Source: Octopus vulgaris | Taxonomy: Eukaryota | Direction: 5' to 3' | DNA: 64,000 bases | Assembly (NCBI GenBank): GCA_951406725.2 | Contig: OX597831.1 | Span: 39,618,001 to 39,682,000, forward strand | Shown here: piece by piece, positions 12,615 to 26,034 of the stretch | How the letters are laid out: each line of letters starts with the position of its first letter | Position numbering within the stretch: position 1 is the first letter of the stretch | The notes under the pieces: model-generated | What the model saw: the letters and a program-made list of their open reading frames with translations, nothing else | What the model was told of the DNA's origin: nothing | Database searches by the model: none | Made by a program: the position numbers and the translations under genes

Positions 12615-12917
12615 TGTGATCACTGTGACCGACCAGGCTCTCAGATGTTGCTATACATCGCTGGTCACAATGCGCTTTGCATTGCTTTAGCCTTCAAGTG
12701 ACGCCACCCCGCTGGCTTAGCGAGCAGGCCAACAGAAGAAAGAGTGAGAGAAAGTTGTGGCGAAAAAGTACAGCAGGGATCGCCCCCACCCCTGCCGGAG
12801 CCTCGTGGAGCTTTAGGTGTTTTCGCTCAATAAACACTCACAACGCCCGGTCTGGGAATCGAAACCGCCATCCTACAACCGCGAGTCCGCTACCTTAACC
12901 ACTGGGTCATTGCGCCT

Positions 12918-12920
<3 letters not shown>
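12611..12920 (-). mobile_element. tRNA-derived SINE, family C
   Basis: GGAGGCGCAATG(A/G)CCCAGTGGTTA...GTTTCGATTCCC head; tail ...GGTCGGTCAC. Copies at about 15009-15200, 15595-15852, 45648-45933 (minus) and 47160-47450 (plus). Confidence 0.85.
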
Positions 12921-12968
<48 letters not shown>

Positions 12969-13775
12969 GGTTTGGTGATGCAAAGAGGAAAATAGAACTG
13001 TAAACTTAAGTGTATATACATTTTTTTACTAATAATTGGCAGAAGTTACGGAGGTCTTAAAAATTTGAAACCAGTTTGTTAAGTGCCAATTAACGACACT
13101 GTGGAACCTTGAGTCACTTTGTAGCTTCTGCTGATTATTTATCAAAAAACGTGTGTGTGGATATATATATTTATACATGTGCCTGTGTGTGTGTGTGTTT
13201 GTGATATATATGTGTGTGCATGTATCTGTGTATCTATTACCTCCCACACCACTTGATAACCGGCGTTGGTTTGTTTACTTAAGTTAGCGGTTCGACAGAA
13301 AAGTCTGACAGAATAAGAACGAAAGTTATCAAGAGAAAAAAAAAAAGGGTAACACTTCCACCCCCAACCCATTTTCCCCCAAATTTGTTTATTTTTCAAA
13401 TTTTTTTTTTTTTTTTTTTAAATCCCCGTTTTTGGATATGGAGGTTCCGGAAATTTGCCAAAAATCGGTATTGTTTTTTTGCAGATTCATATTTGTGTCA
13501 AAAAAAAAATTTGTTAAAGGGTGGTGTGTATGGAGAGGTACGGGCGGAAGTCTTGCCGCAAAAAGTAAATAAATAAACAGGTTTAAACTGGCGGTGCCTT
13601 AGCATAGCCACAGCCTCAGGGCTGAAACGTACAAAAGAATAAAATATATTACTGTACAGGGTTGATTTGTTCAACTCGAACCCTCGAAGACGATGCTCCA
13701 GTATTGTCGTAGTCCGGTAAGTGAATCAAGTAAAAGATAAAATTGACACACACATACACACACTTAGACATATAC

Positions 13776-13817
<42 letters not shown>

Positions 13818-13829
13818 GCATTCTTGTAA

Positions 13830-14063
13830 AGCCTAGCGAGGCTCATGGGCCCGGTTTCCCGGTTTCAATGGCGTGTGTTCCCCAGCTGGACAAAACGCCA
13901 GGTCATCACAGCGTTACTCATTTTTGCCAGCTGAGTGGACTGGAGCAACGTGAAATGAAGTGTTTTGCTCAAGAACACAACGCGTCGCCCAGTCCAGGAA
14001 TCGAAACCACAATCTTACGATCATGATGCTGACACCCCTAACCACTAAGCCACGCGCCTCCAC
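13830..14063 (-). mobile_element. tRNA-derived SINE, family D
   Basis: GGAGGCGCGTGGCTTAGTGGTTAGGG...GTTTCGATTCC...CAGTCCACTCAGCTG. Related copies at 8850-9100, 28860-29100 and 30022-30730. Confidence 0.75.
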
Positions 14064-15854
14064 GGAGATATACATGCTGACGCATAAATGATAAAGCTAC
14101 AGATCGTCACGTCGCAATCATCTTTCATTTGGTAAGCATGTACCACGCTTTCGTTCACTGTTTTAGATGTCTTTGTTGCCGTGAGCAGAAACGGAGACCT
14201 CCTTGGTCCTACAACTCTTCGTTGTCAAAAACCTTGGATGTGTCAGTTAGAGGGAGAAAGGGCTGTCCAGGTATTTGGCTGGCATTGTTCATTTCACCTG
14301 AGCAAACCGGAGTAAAACATGTACCACGCTTTCGTTCATTGTTTTAAACGAGGGACATATTCATACGGCACAGAATGTTTTCACCTCAATAGACGTCATT
14401 GATTGGTTGAACTTGCAGAAATTGAAGAAAAAACAACAACAAATATCTTACAAACTATAGGATTTTCTCAGTAAAGCCAAGAGAAAAAGATGTTTTATAA
14501 ACACATACTACCAGTATACGAAGTTTAAAAGTGTTTAGTTACGTTCATTGTTTTAGATGTCTATGTTGCCGTAAGCAGAAACGACTCCTTGGTCCTACGA
14601 CTTTTCGTTGACGAAAACCCTTTATGTGTCAGTTAGAGAGAGAAAGGGCTGTCCAGAAATTAAAGTGTCCTGCTCAAGGAAGGACATAAATGTGTTTTTC
14701 ATCCGGTTGAGGAATCCAATCGCGGAACTCATGGTCATGAGTCGAGTAACTTTACCGCAAAACTATGTGTATTCTGAATCTATACCCCCCCTCCGGGTGC
14801 GCGCGTAAAAATGTATGTAAATATTCGTGGCCCTCCGTCGGTTAAGACGACGAGGGTTCCAGTTGATCCGATCAACGGGAAATTAACGTGCAAGTGGCTG
14901 AGCACTCCACAGACACTTGTACCCTTAACATAGTTCTCGGGGGGGGGGAGATTCAGCGTGACACAGAGTGTGACAAGGCTGGTCCTTTGAAATACAGGTA
15001 AAATAGAAACAGGAAAAAAGAGTGAGAGAAAGTTGTGGTGGAAAAGTACAGAGGGGTTCGCCGCCACCTCGTGCCGGAGCCTCGTGGAGCTTTAGGCGTT
15101 TTCGCCCAATAAACACTCACAGCGCCCGGTCTGGGAATCAAAACTGCGATCCTACGATCGCGAGTCCGCTTCCCTAACCACTGGGTCATTGCGCCTCCAC
15201 ACAAACACACATTTATCTTATGTTTTTACTTGCTTCAGTCATTAGACTGCGGCCATGCTTTTGAAGGATTTTTAATCGAATGAATCATGCGACTATGCTG
15301 GAGCAATCCCAGTATTTTTGATTTTCTTTTTCTTACGCCTGTTACTTTATTCTATCAATCTCTTTTGCTGAACCTCTAGTTATAGGGACGTAAACTCACC
15401 AGAACCTGTTATCAAGCGGTGGTGAGGAACAAACATACACGCACACATACATACGACGGGTTTCTTTCAGTTTCCATCTCCCAGATTTACTGACAAGGCT
15501 ATAACAGAAGACATTTTGCCCAAGGCGTCACGCAGTGAGACTGAACCCGGAATCATGTGGTTGAGGAAGCAAACTTCTTATCACATAGCCACGCCAGGCT
15601 ATCAGATGTTGCTACACATCGCTAGTCACAATGCGCTTCGCCACCCCGCTGGCTAAGCGAGCAGGCCAACAGAAGAAAGAAGAGTGAGAGAAAGTTGTGG
15701 CGAAAGAGTACAGCAGGGATCGCCACCACCACCTGCCGGAGCCTCGTGGAACTTTTAGGTGTTTTCGCTCACAAGGCCCGGTCTGAGAATCGAAACCGCG
15801 ATCCTACGACCGCGAGTCCGCTGCCCTAAACACTGGGCCATTGTGCCTCCACTA

Positions 15855-15908
<54 letters not shown>

Positions 15909-15940
15909 CCTATCTATATATCTATCTATCTATCTATATA

Positions 15941-15981
<41 letters not shown>

Positions 15982-16365
15982 ATATAAACCCATAAGTTTA
16001 ACAGGCGGTGCCCCAGCATAGCCACACCCTTAGGGCTGAAACGTATAAAACAATAAAAAAGAGTACTATAGATGGGTACTAGGGTTCATTTGTTCGCCTC
16101 CAATCCTCGAAGATGGTGCTCAAGTGTGTGTGTGTGTGTACAATCCAGGGATCCACGTGTAGGACTGTGGTAAGCTTCAAATAATTTGGCAGTTTTTATA
16201 GAGGGCAAAAAAATGGACAATATACAATGAAATATATTTGACATCGTTAAGTTACGCACTTCTTTCCAAACGGAACTTCGATAAGCTGTTTGTCTCCATG
16301 TGTGACTTACGGTCCAGCTACTTACGCTGCTTAAAAGGCGAATATAAACACCGGCTTACTCGTGT

Positions 16366-16397
<32 letters not shown>

Positions 16398-16821
16398 TGT
16401 TTTATTCTTTTACTTGTTTCATTCATTTGACTGCGACCATGCTGGAGCACTGCCTGAAAGGAATTTATTTTTTTTTAGTCGAAAAAAATCGACTTCAGGA
16501 TTTATTTTTTGTAAGCGTTAGTATTCATTCTACGCTTACAATGAATACTATCGGTCATTTTTTTGGGCCGAAACCGCTACCTTATTACAAGGACGCAAAC
16601 ACACCAACATCGGTTGTCAAGCGATGGTGAGGAAGAAAGACACCCACCCACCCACTCACATACACACACTCCCCCCGCATATATGACGTTCTTCTTTAAG
16701 TATCCTTCTGCCAAATCCACTCACAAGGCTTTGATCGTTCCAAGGCTATAGTAGAAGACACTGGCCCAAGGTGCCACGCAATGGGACTGAACCCGGAACC
16801 AGGTAATTGCAACACACACAC

Positions 16822-16889
<68 letters not shown>

Positions 16890-17481
16890 GCCTAATGATT
16901 AGAGCAGCGGACTCACGGTCGAGGGATCGCGGGTTTGAATCTCAGACCGGGCGATGTGTGTGTTTATGAGCGAAAACACCTAAGCTCCACGCGGCTCCGG
17001 CAGAAGGTAATGGCGAACATTCTGCTGACTCTTTCGACACACCTTTCTCTCACTCTTTCCTCCCGCATCTTGCAGCTCACCTGCGACGGACCGGCGTCCC
17101 GTCCAGGTGGGGGGGAACCTATACGCCAGGGAAACCGGGAAACCGGCCCTTATGAGCCAGGCATGGCTTGAAAAGGAACGAAGAACAACACATACAAACA
17201 TGCATAACTACTTTAGCGGTAAGAACATAGCGTAACAGCAACAATAAACGAAAGACGAAATCAATGTCGAATTCTACAAAAACGGTTAAGTAGCAGGTCT
17301 CGTGGTGGTGATAGGTTAGGGGGTGTGGTGGCAGGAGCGGATGGTTGTGGGAGGAGGGGTTTATTATTGTTTTTATTTCAGACGGTTAAACATCGACAGA
17401 GAAAGTAAAGAGATTCTCTCGCTGTAGTTAGTCCTGCTAATGCTCTTTCTTTCTTTTTTTTTTTGTTTTTAGACATAAGGC

Positions 17482-17888
17482 GGATCTTTTCGGTTTGAAC
17501 GGCAGTTTTTTTCTAGCGGTGTCATATGAAATTGTCACCCATAATTATGACCCTAGTATCGATCTATTGCATTTCAATCTGTTTTAGGGTTAGGGGAGGA
17601 AGGGTATCTTTTTTTTATTCACAAATGTAAATAAACCCAATCTGTTTCTTAAACGAGGTACATATTCATACGGCACAGAATGTTTTCACCTCAATAGACG
17701 TCATTGATTGGTTGAAATTGCAGAAATTGGAGAAAAAACAACAAATATCTTACAAACTATAGAATTTTCTCAGTAAAGCCAAGAGAAAAAGATGTTTTAT
17801 AAACACATACTACCAGTATACGAAGTTTAAAAGTGTTTAGTTACGTGGAAATTATTTTAAAAAACTGCCGTTCAAACCGAAAATATCC
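17482..17888. mobile_element. Second copy of the GGATC-TIR MITE (opposite orientation)
   Basis: Same TIR as 5101-5629; decayed 8-bp TSD CATAAGGC / TATAAGGT. Confidence 0.88.
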
Positions 17889-18049
17889 TATAAGGTTAAT
17901 AAATTTAAAGGAAGTTATTATTAAATCCCTTATTTTATTTATTTATTTATTTATTTTATAGTTTTTGTTGCAGACACAAGGCCTGAATTTTGGAGGAGGG
18001 GGTTTGTCTATTACATCGATCCCAATGTTTCATGTTTATTTTATTGATA

Positions 18050-18432
18050 GGCGCAGGAGTGGCTGTGTGGTAAGTAGCTTGCTTCCCAACCACATGGTTC
18101 CGGGTTCAGTCACACCGCGTGGCACCTTGGGCAAGTGTCTTCTACTATAGCCCCGGGCCGACCGAAGCCTTGTGAGTGGATATGGTAGACAGAAACTGAA
18201 GGAATCCCGTCGTATATGTGTGTGTGTGTGAGTGTGCGTATGTATATTTTTGTGTGTTTGCGTTTCTCCTCTCCAATATCGCTTGACAACCGATGCTGGT
18301 GTGTTTACGTCCTCGTAACTTAGCGGTTCGGCAAAAGGAACGATAGAATAAGTCCTGGGGTCGATTTGCTCGACTAAAGGCATTGCCCCAGCATGTCTGC
18401 AGTCAAATGACTAAAACAAGTAAAAGAGTAAA
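18050..18432 (+). mobile_element. SINE family A
   Basis: Full copy with CpGs largely intact. Confidence 0.85.
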
Positions 18433-18553
18433 AGAAAGAATATTATAAAATTCAAGGGCCAAGTCGACCTCGACGGAATTCCAATTCAAAAATGGCTTCA
18501 AATTATGGCACAAGGCAGTAATTTTGGAGGGGGAAGGGTAAGTTGATTACATC

Positions 18554-18722
18554 TACTAGTGTAGCTTGGGTGGGGGAGGACGGTAGGGGCGGTCCGCTCC
18601 AGGCAGTACTTTTAAAGGGGCGACACTTTTGGGTCTGCTGCAGGCTATATGTGTTTTTTTTTTGTGTGGTGACAAAAAATGGAAGGGCCGCCTGGGCGGC
18701 ACACACTCTACCTATGCTAGTA
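18554..18722. mobile_element. hAT-like MITE inserted in a SINE B remnant
   Basis: Imperfect TIR TACTAGTGTAGCT / ACCTATGCTAGTA; 8-bp TSD ATTACAT(C/T). Confidence 0.6.
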
Positions 18723-19226
18723 ATTACATTGACCCTTGTATTCAATTGGTACTTATTTATTTTATTGACCCCGAAAGGATGACAAGGCAAAGTTGATCTC
18801 TACTGAATTTGAACTCAGAACATATGGATGGGTGAAATGACGCCAAGGATTCTGTTATCTCTCCGCCTTTTTTGAATTCAATAATTATAATCATTTCAAA
18901 TTTTGGCACCAGGCCAGTCCAGCCATTTTCTTTTTAATATTTAGGCGAAGGGATAAGTCAATTACATCACCCAGTGCTTGACAGCTACTTATTTTGTAGA
19001 CCCCGAAAGGATGAAAAGCTAAGTCAATCTTGGTGGAATATGAATTCAATAATAATAAAAATACTCCTTTTTTACTATAAGCACAAGGCCTATAATTTCG
19101 AGAGATGGATTACATTGTCAGCAGTACTCTATTGGTATTTCTTTTATCAACCCTGAAAGGATGAAAGGCAAAATCGACCTTGTTCAAATTTGAACTCAGA
19201 ATGTAAGACCAGAAAAAATGTTGATT

Positions 19227-19389
19227 AGCGTAGGAGTGGCTGTGTGGTAAGTAGCTTGCTTACTAACCACATGGTTTTGGGTTCAGTCCCACTGCATGGC
19301 ACCTTTGGCAAGTGTCTTCTACTATAGTCTCAGGCTGACCAAAGCCTTGTGAGTGGATTTGATAGACAGAAACTGAAGGAATCCCATCG

Positions 19390-19432
<43 letters not shown>

Positions 19433-19640
19433 TTGTGTGTCTGTGTTTGTCCACCCAACATTGCTTGGCAACCGATGCTGGTGTGTTTACGTCCCCGTAA
19501 CTTAGTGGTTCAGCAAAAGAGACTGATAGAATAAGTAATAGGCTTACAAAGAATAAGTCCTGGGGTCGATTTGCTTGACTAAAGGCAGTGCTCCAGCATG
19601 ACCACAGTCAAATGACTGAAACAAGTAAAAGAGTAAAAGA
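19227..19640 (+). mobile_element. SINE family A (CpG-decayed)
   Basis: Full copy with many CG>TG/CA changes. Confidence 0.85.
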
Positions 19641-19804
19641 TTAGCATTTTCTTCTGCTGGCCAACAATTCTGCTTGCTCGTCACTTGAGGATCCCTGTAC
19701 TTGACAAGTATTTTATTTCACTGACTCCAAAATGATAAAAGGCAAAGTTGACCTTGCCAGAGTTTGAACTTATAGCATAAGGACCGTCAACTGAAAGGTA
19801 TTCT

Positions 19805-20084
19805 TTGGCAATCAATCGTTTATGGTTTTAGACTTGTCACTGTTTATGGCTGGTCGTTCAGTAATTTCCGTAATTTTTTTTTTATTTAGTTTTGTTTTCA
19901 TGACGTGTCAAAGGCGACATTTGCTTTGAATTTGGTGAAAAGTGAAACTTCAAAGCAAATGTCGCCTTCAACACGTCATGAAAACGAAAGTAAATAAATG
20001 AAAGTTTTTTCTTTTTAACAGAAATTCCTGAACAACCAAGTGTAAACAGTGATAAGTCTGAGACCAAAAACAATTGATTGCCAA
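19805..20084. repeat. About 280-bp foldback palindrome (probable MITE)
   Basis: Inner arms 19881-19930 / 19949-19998 match at about 46/50, and complementarity continues out to TTGGCAATCAAT / ATTGATTGCCAA. Confidence 0.85.
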
Positions 20085-21227
20085 CCATGCCAAGATTTGA
20101 ATCTGGAACATGAACCATAACGAAATACAGCAAAGCGTGTTTTCCGATGCTTATAGTAATTCCTCTGGCTCACTGCCTCTTAATGACGTATAATATAGAG
20201 ACATATTAAGGTGGTGAGCGAGCAGAAGCAATTAGCTTAGTAGCATTTCATCTGATTCCATGTTCTGAGTTCAAATTCTGCAAAAGTCGACTTTGCCTTT
20301 CATCTTTTCGGGGGGTCAATAAATTAAGAACCAGTTGAACACAAGGGTTGATGTAATCAACTTACCCCCCCCCCCCCCAAAAAAAATAAAATTGCTGGCT
20401 TTGTGCCAAAATCTGAAACCAATATTGTGATCATATGAGGCGGTGAGCAGGTAGGATCATTAGCACGCCAGGTAAAATGCTTAGTGGCATTTTCTCCGAC
20501 TTTATGTTCTGCTGAGGTAGACTTTGCCTTTCATTCTTATTGGGAGTCGATAAAATAAGTACCAGCTGTGCACTGGTGTTAATGTAACTGACATACAACC
20601 CCTCCAAAATCTGAAACCAATATGGAGACAATTTCCAGAAAGGGGTTATTAGATTATATCAATTCTAGTCCTCGATTGATACATTATTTTATTGACCTTG
20701 AAAAGATGAAAGTCAAAGCTAACTTCAGGGAGATTTGAACTCAGAATGTAAGGATCCACAACTAAATACCACAAGGCATTTTGTTTGATGTTTTTTGTGA
20801 TTCTGTCAATCTGCTGTCCTTTAGCCTACTAATATTTATTTATTATTTGAACACAAAGATACTCGTTTTGAGGGGAGGCTTTAGTCAAGGCCATTGAAAT
20901 CGTAGTACATGACTGGTACTTTAATTTATCAAATGAAATAAAGTATCAGTCAAGTACCAGATCAGGATGGTATTGGTTAACCCCTTTTTCTGATTTAAGA
21001 ACAAAATCAGCAATTTTTTTTTTGGGTGGGGGGGGATGGGATTAGTTGACGACATCAACTTATGTACTTGATTGGTACTCTTATTTTATCAACTCCAGAT
21101 GGAAGTAAAGCAATGACGACCTCGGCTGGTTTTGAACTCAGAATATAAAAAAGCTGGATGAAATACCACAGCACTTTTGCTAATGTCTAACTGTCAATCT
21201 GAACGCTCTTCAGCTTGCTAATAATGC

Positions 21228-21960
21228 TTTCTTTATTTACCCCTAAAGGTTCACCAAAAAGCATTTGGGACGGTGTAGGACAACATCAAGTGGGGTGGCA
21301 TAAACAGAATCATATAAACAGTAAAAATGATAACAATATAAATTCTTAGAGTGCAAAGTTCTTCTAAAGATGGAGACTTCCTAGAGCTGCTTGTAGAAAC
21401 CCTACAAAAACATAGTTACCCTGACCACTAGGGCAAGCGCCCTCTCCACATCATCTTCCTTCAATCTACAGGTGTATGCTTAGAGTAGACCCATTCACTT
21501 GAATCATTCTTGCCACATTCACTCCCCTGGGAGACAGGACTTCCCTCTCTCTACCCTCACTACCCTTTTCGAGTGAAACTTGGAATAGTTGATGAAGTAT
21601 TTGTTTTCAATCTTATCGATCTGGCTCACCACACAACCGCTTTCACTTAGGCTACCAGACAAATAAACACTGCTTGCCTTTCTCGCAGGTGGGACAATTT
21701 TCACAATGGACTCAGCTGATTGCTCGATCTGTCTTACATCTGACAGCATGTGTTCAACATAGACCCACAAGTTGGCAATACTTACACACTGGATGAGAGC
21801 ATGCAGAATATTTTTTTCTTCATATTCTGTGCTTCTTGAGCGAGCCTGGCTGTAGAGTTCATCCTGAACTGGTAATGCTTCTCCATAGCACTGCTAGGTT
21901 AGGGATTACTGGAAATTATCCATGGGCTCCAGCCTGAAAGTCCTCCAGAACAGAGAAATT
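21228..21960 (-). mobile_element. Degraded 3' end of an L1/Tx1-like LINE
   Basis: Minus translation contains E...HALIQC...NLW.YVE, like the C-terminal Zn-knuckle region. Ends in AATAAAGAAA. Confidence 0.5.
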
Positions 21961-22039
21961 TTGAGTATTGGCTTTATTTCATCAACTCCCAAATGGATGA
22001 AGTTCCGGATCTTTTTGTGGAGTGAGAGGGCTGTTGATC

Positions 22040-22300
22040 TCCAGTTTGGTCACAAGGTGTTGATGTAAAGGAAAATGGGGATGGATAGGCCACATGCTAC
22101 AAAAGCCTGCACCAAATGTCACCAAGCAGGCCCTTGACTAGAACCCACAGGGGGAAACGCAAAGTGGGCCGACCAAACCAATGCAGAGGTGGGGCAGCTG
22201 GAATGACGTGGGCTGAGCTGAGGAGGAACATCCAGAACTGCATCCATTGGCAAGATGATGTTGCGGCCCTATGTTCTTTGAGGAATCAAGAGGCCGAAGT
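22040..22300 (+). mobile_element. RTE-clade LINE 3' remnant
   Basis: Frameshifted RKWGWIGH.L.K...QALD.NPQGKRKVGRP...W...AALC, typical of the RTE C-terminus. Confidence 0.75.
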
Positions 22301-22977
22301 GGAAGAACTAGAAATGGGTGAAAGGTAAAATTTTAGTTGGATTTGAATGTCAAACATAATAATGAGTCAGAAGTAATAACAGTTTCAGATTTTGATACAA
22401 GGCCAGCAATTTTAAGAGGAGGGTGTTACATTGACCCCAGTACTTGACTGGTACTTGATTTTATCAACCCTGTTCTTGGTGGGATTTGAACTCAGAATGT
22501 AAAGAGCTACAAGAAATACTACTAAGCACTTAATCTGCCACGCTAACAATTCTGCCAGTCACCACCCAAGAGTCAAAGGAAGGGGTTTTGTCTGATGGTC
22601 TCACTATTCTGCCAACTTAGTGCCCTTAATTGCTTTGTATTTAAAATACAAAGCCAGCAATTTGGGGAGACGGAGGGGGTTTAGTCCATATAATCTACCC
22701 TGGTACTTGATTGGTACTTCATTTTATGAACTGTAACAAGATGGAAAGAAAATATTACCTTGGTAGGATTTGAACTTGCTTCATAAGAAACCAAAACCAG
22801 TACTGCAGGGGCAATTTGTTTGCTAACACACAACCCCTGCTTGTAATTTTTAACATAGGCACAAATCCAAAAGCCAGGCAGTTATAACAATTCCTAATAT
22901 AAATACAAGATTGTGTATGCAAGTGTGTGTGTGTGCATATCCATGTGTGGGGGTGTCTGTTCGTGTGTGTATGTATG

Positions 22978-23485
22978 TATATCATTGCTATTATGTAAGT
23001 GTTGTAAATCCAAAACATTGCTTTTTCAGAAAATGATAAAAGTTTCACCATTCCATAGCAAAACTGTTGTACTACACTTTGACAATTTTTTATATCTTGG
23101 CATCTGAAGCAGCTGGGGATATAATAATTTGACCAAAAGAACCAGCTATTGCAAGCAAAAATAAATATTGAAAAAAAGTGCATTTGGTCAAATTTGGACA
23201 TACGACAGTTTAACATAATAGCAACTATATATATCATTACTATTATGCAAAAGTGTCATTAAGTCCAAAGCGTTGCTTTTTCAGAAAATGAAAAACATAA
23301 TTTCACCATTCCGTAGCAAAACCGTTGTACTACACTTTAACCATTTTCATATCTTGGCATCTGAAGTAGCTGGAGATACAATAGTTTGACCAAAAGACCC
23401 AGCTATTGCAAGAAAAAATAAATATTGAAAAGAAAAAGCATTTGGCCAAATTTGGACATACGACAGTTTAACATAATTGCAATGA
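22978..23485 (+). repeat. Diverged tandem duplication, about 253-bp unit x2
   Basis: ATCATT.CTATTATG...GGACATACGACAGTTTAACATAAT starts at 22981 and again at 23233. Confidence 0.85.
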
Positions 23486-24364
23486 TATATAAATGGATTG
23501 ATCATGTTATCTTTCTTCTTTGATTTGCTTCAGACATTGGGCTGTGGTCATGCTGGGGCATTGCATTGAAGAATTCTTTAAGCCTGGTTCTTATTCCGTT
23601 AGTCTCTTTTGCTAAAGTGCTAAGTTATGGCAATGTCAAGAGGTGGTGGGGTATAACGATAGACACAGACACACATAGACATGCACACACACATACAGAT
23701 ATGTATGTATGTATATGAAGGGCTTCTTTCAGTTTTAACTGACTAAATCCATTCACAAGGCATTGGTTAACCTGGAGCTATGGTAGAAGATACTTGCCCA
23801 AGGTGCCATGCAGTGGGACTGAACCCAGGACCATGTGGTTGAGAAGCAAACTTCTTACCATATAGCCATGCTGGCACTATATCCATCTATCTATCTGTAT
23901 ACACACACACACTGAGAGAGGGAGAGAGAGTGCTGTGCAACATCTCTTTTTTCTCTTTTGAACATCCAAATGTAAGCATACACACAGATACACAAGTGCG
24001 CACACACACAAACACACACACACGTGTATATCTATTTATACATATCTAAGCATACATATATATATATATATACACATATGCACTTATCTCTGTCTACTAT
24101 AGACACAAGAGCTGAAATTTTTGAGGGGAGGGGAGGGCTACTCAATTACATTGATCCCAGTGTTCAACTGGTACTTTATTTTATCAACCCCAAAAAGGAC
24201 AAAAAGCAAAACTTACTTAATTGGTACTTTATTTTAATGACCCTTAAAGGATAAAAGACAACATTGACCTTTGTAGGATATGAACTCAGAACATGATGAG
24301 CTATGACAAAATATTGTTAGGCATTTTAATTTGCTGATCCACTGCTCTTAATTGTTTTAATATA

Positions 24365-25200
24365 CAAGGTGGTATCATAAGGTCCCTGGATTAGTTACAT
24401 TTAATAAAAAAATAACTTGTTTACCTAAGTTTTAACATCTCATTCGAAATAGTCACCTTGCCACTTTTGGAATTTGGCCCGGAAGTAATTTTCTGTAAGC
24501 AAATCAAGGATCTTCCGCAATTTGCTCTGGATCTCAGCAATGGTGTTTAAACGGTGGCCTTTGAGCTGCATTTTCATCGTGGGGTAGAGACTGAAGTCTG
24601 CAGGTGCTAAATCTGGTGAATGGGGCAGGTGCAGAAGCGATACCATGTTGTTTTTGGTAAGAAGCACACGAATGAGGAAAGCCTGGTGGAGAATCCAATT
24701 CTTCGTGCTCCACAGATCTGATCACTTTTGCAGAATATCCTCCCTCAAAGTGTTGCAGAAGAACTCTCAATTTTGGTCTGGCCCTGGTGGGGAATTCTTG
24801 ATACACAATAACACATTTCCGAGGGTGATGCTTGTGGCAGTTTTCCATATTGCTCATCATCTTCTAGGGATGTTCTTCAGCTTTTGAAGTGCCCGTGCCA
24901 CTTGAAACATTGCATATGACCCATTGCCTTATCGCCATAAGCTTGCTGAAGCATGCTCAATATTTCTGTAGCAGATTTCCCAAGTTTAACACAAAATTCC
25001 ACGTTGGCTCTTTGTTCCTGTCCATGACAAAATCACAAACTACAGCATACATGTGATCACAAAAATGCAAATTTCACAACTTGTGAAGTAAACCCAGTGA
25101 TGTCCCTTGGCACACTGCCTCATGAATATCACTGCAGCCATGTGCTGCTATCTGTTGGTGTGCTACAAAACTAGTACAGGAACCTTTTGACACCACCTCA
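24365..25200 (-). mobile_element. Internally deleted mariner transposon
   Basis: LPHSPDLAPADFSL (YSPDLAP.D motif) on the minus strand; imperfect TIRs of about 32 bp (AGGTGGT.TCA.AAGGT.CCTG...TAGTT); TA flanks. Confidence 0.88.
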
Positions 25201-25338
25201 TAGACACGAGATCAGAAAATTGTGAAGAAGGGCATAGACTATTACATCAACACCAGTACTTGACAAGTGCTTGTGTATGTGTATGTGTCTTTATGTCTGT
25301 CTCTCCCCACCCCCTCACCATCACTTGACAACTGATGT

Positions 25339-25675
25339 TAGTGTGTTTATATTTCTGTAACTTAGCAGTTCAGCAAAAGAGGCCAATAGAATAAGTACTA
25401 GGTTGCCAAAGAAAAAAGTCCTGGGGTTGATTTGTTTGACTAAAGGTGGTGCTCTAGCATGGCTGCAGTCACATGACTGAAATAAGTAAAAGAATAAAAG
25501 ATTTATAGTGTGTTTATATTTCTGTAACTTAGCAGTTCAGCAAAAGGGGGCCAATAGAATAAGTACTAGGTTGCCAAAGAAAAAAGTCCTGGGGTTGATT
25601 TGTTTGACTAAAGGTGGTGCTCCAGCATGGCTGCAGTCACATGACTGAAACAAGTAAAAGAATAAAAGATTTATA
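25339..25675 (+). repeat. Near-identical tandem duplication of a SINE A tail (about 168 bp x2)
   Basis: TAGTGTGTTTATATTTCTGTAAC...AAGAATAAAAGATTTA occurs twice and shares private mutations. Confidence 0.85.
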
Positions 25676-25984
25676 TATGATGAACTTTTTTCAGTTTCTG
25701 TCTAGCAAAGCCATTCCTTTGCTCTGAGATTGAACCCAGGACCATGTGACTGGGAAGCAAAATTCTTACCACACAGCCATTTAATAATAATAATAATAAT
25801 AATGATAATAATACTGCAAGGTCATGTGCTGTTTATCTTCATATGAGATCACCATATCGCGCACATATGGTTGTGATGCATGTGCCTGGTGTGCCCTTAT
25901 CAGACGGGTAGTTATGATGGGTATACTGGGCTTCGTATATTTTACCCCAGTGTCACTTTGATGGCATGCACTGCTCTCTCACTC

Positions 25985-26034
<50 letters not shown>

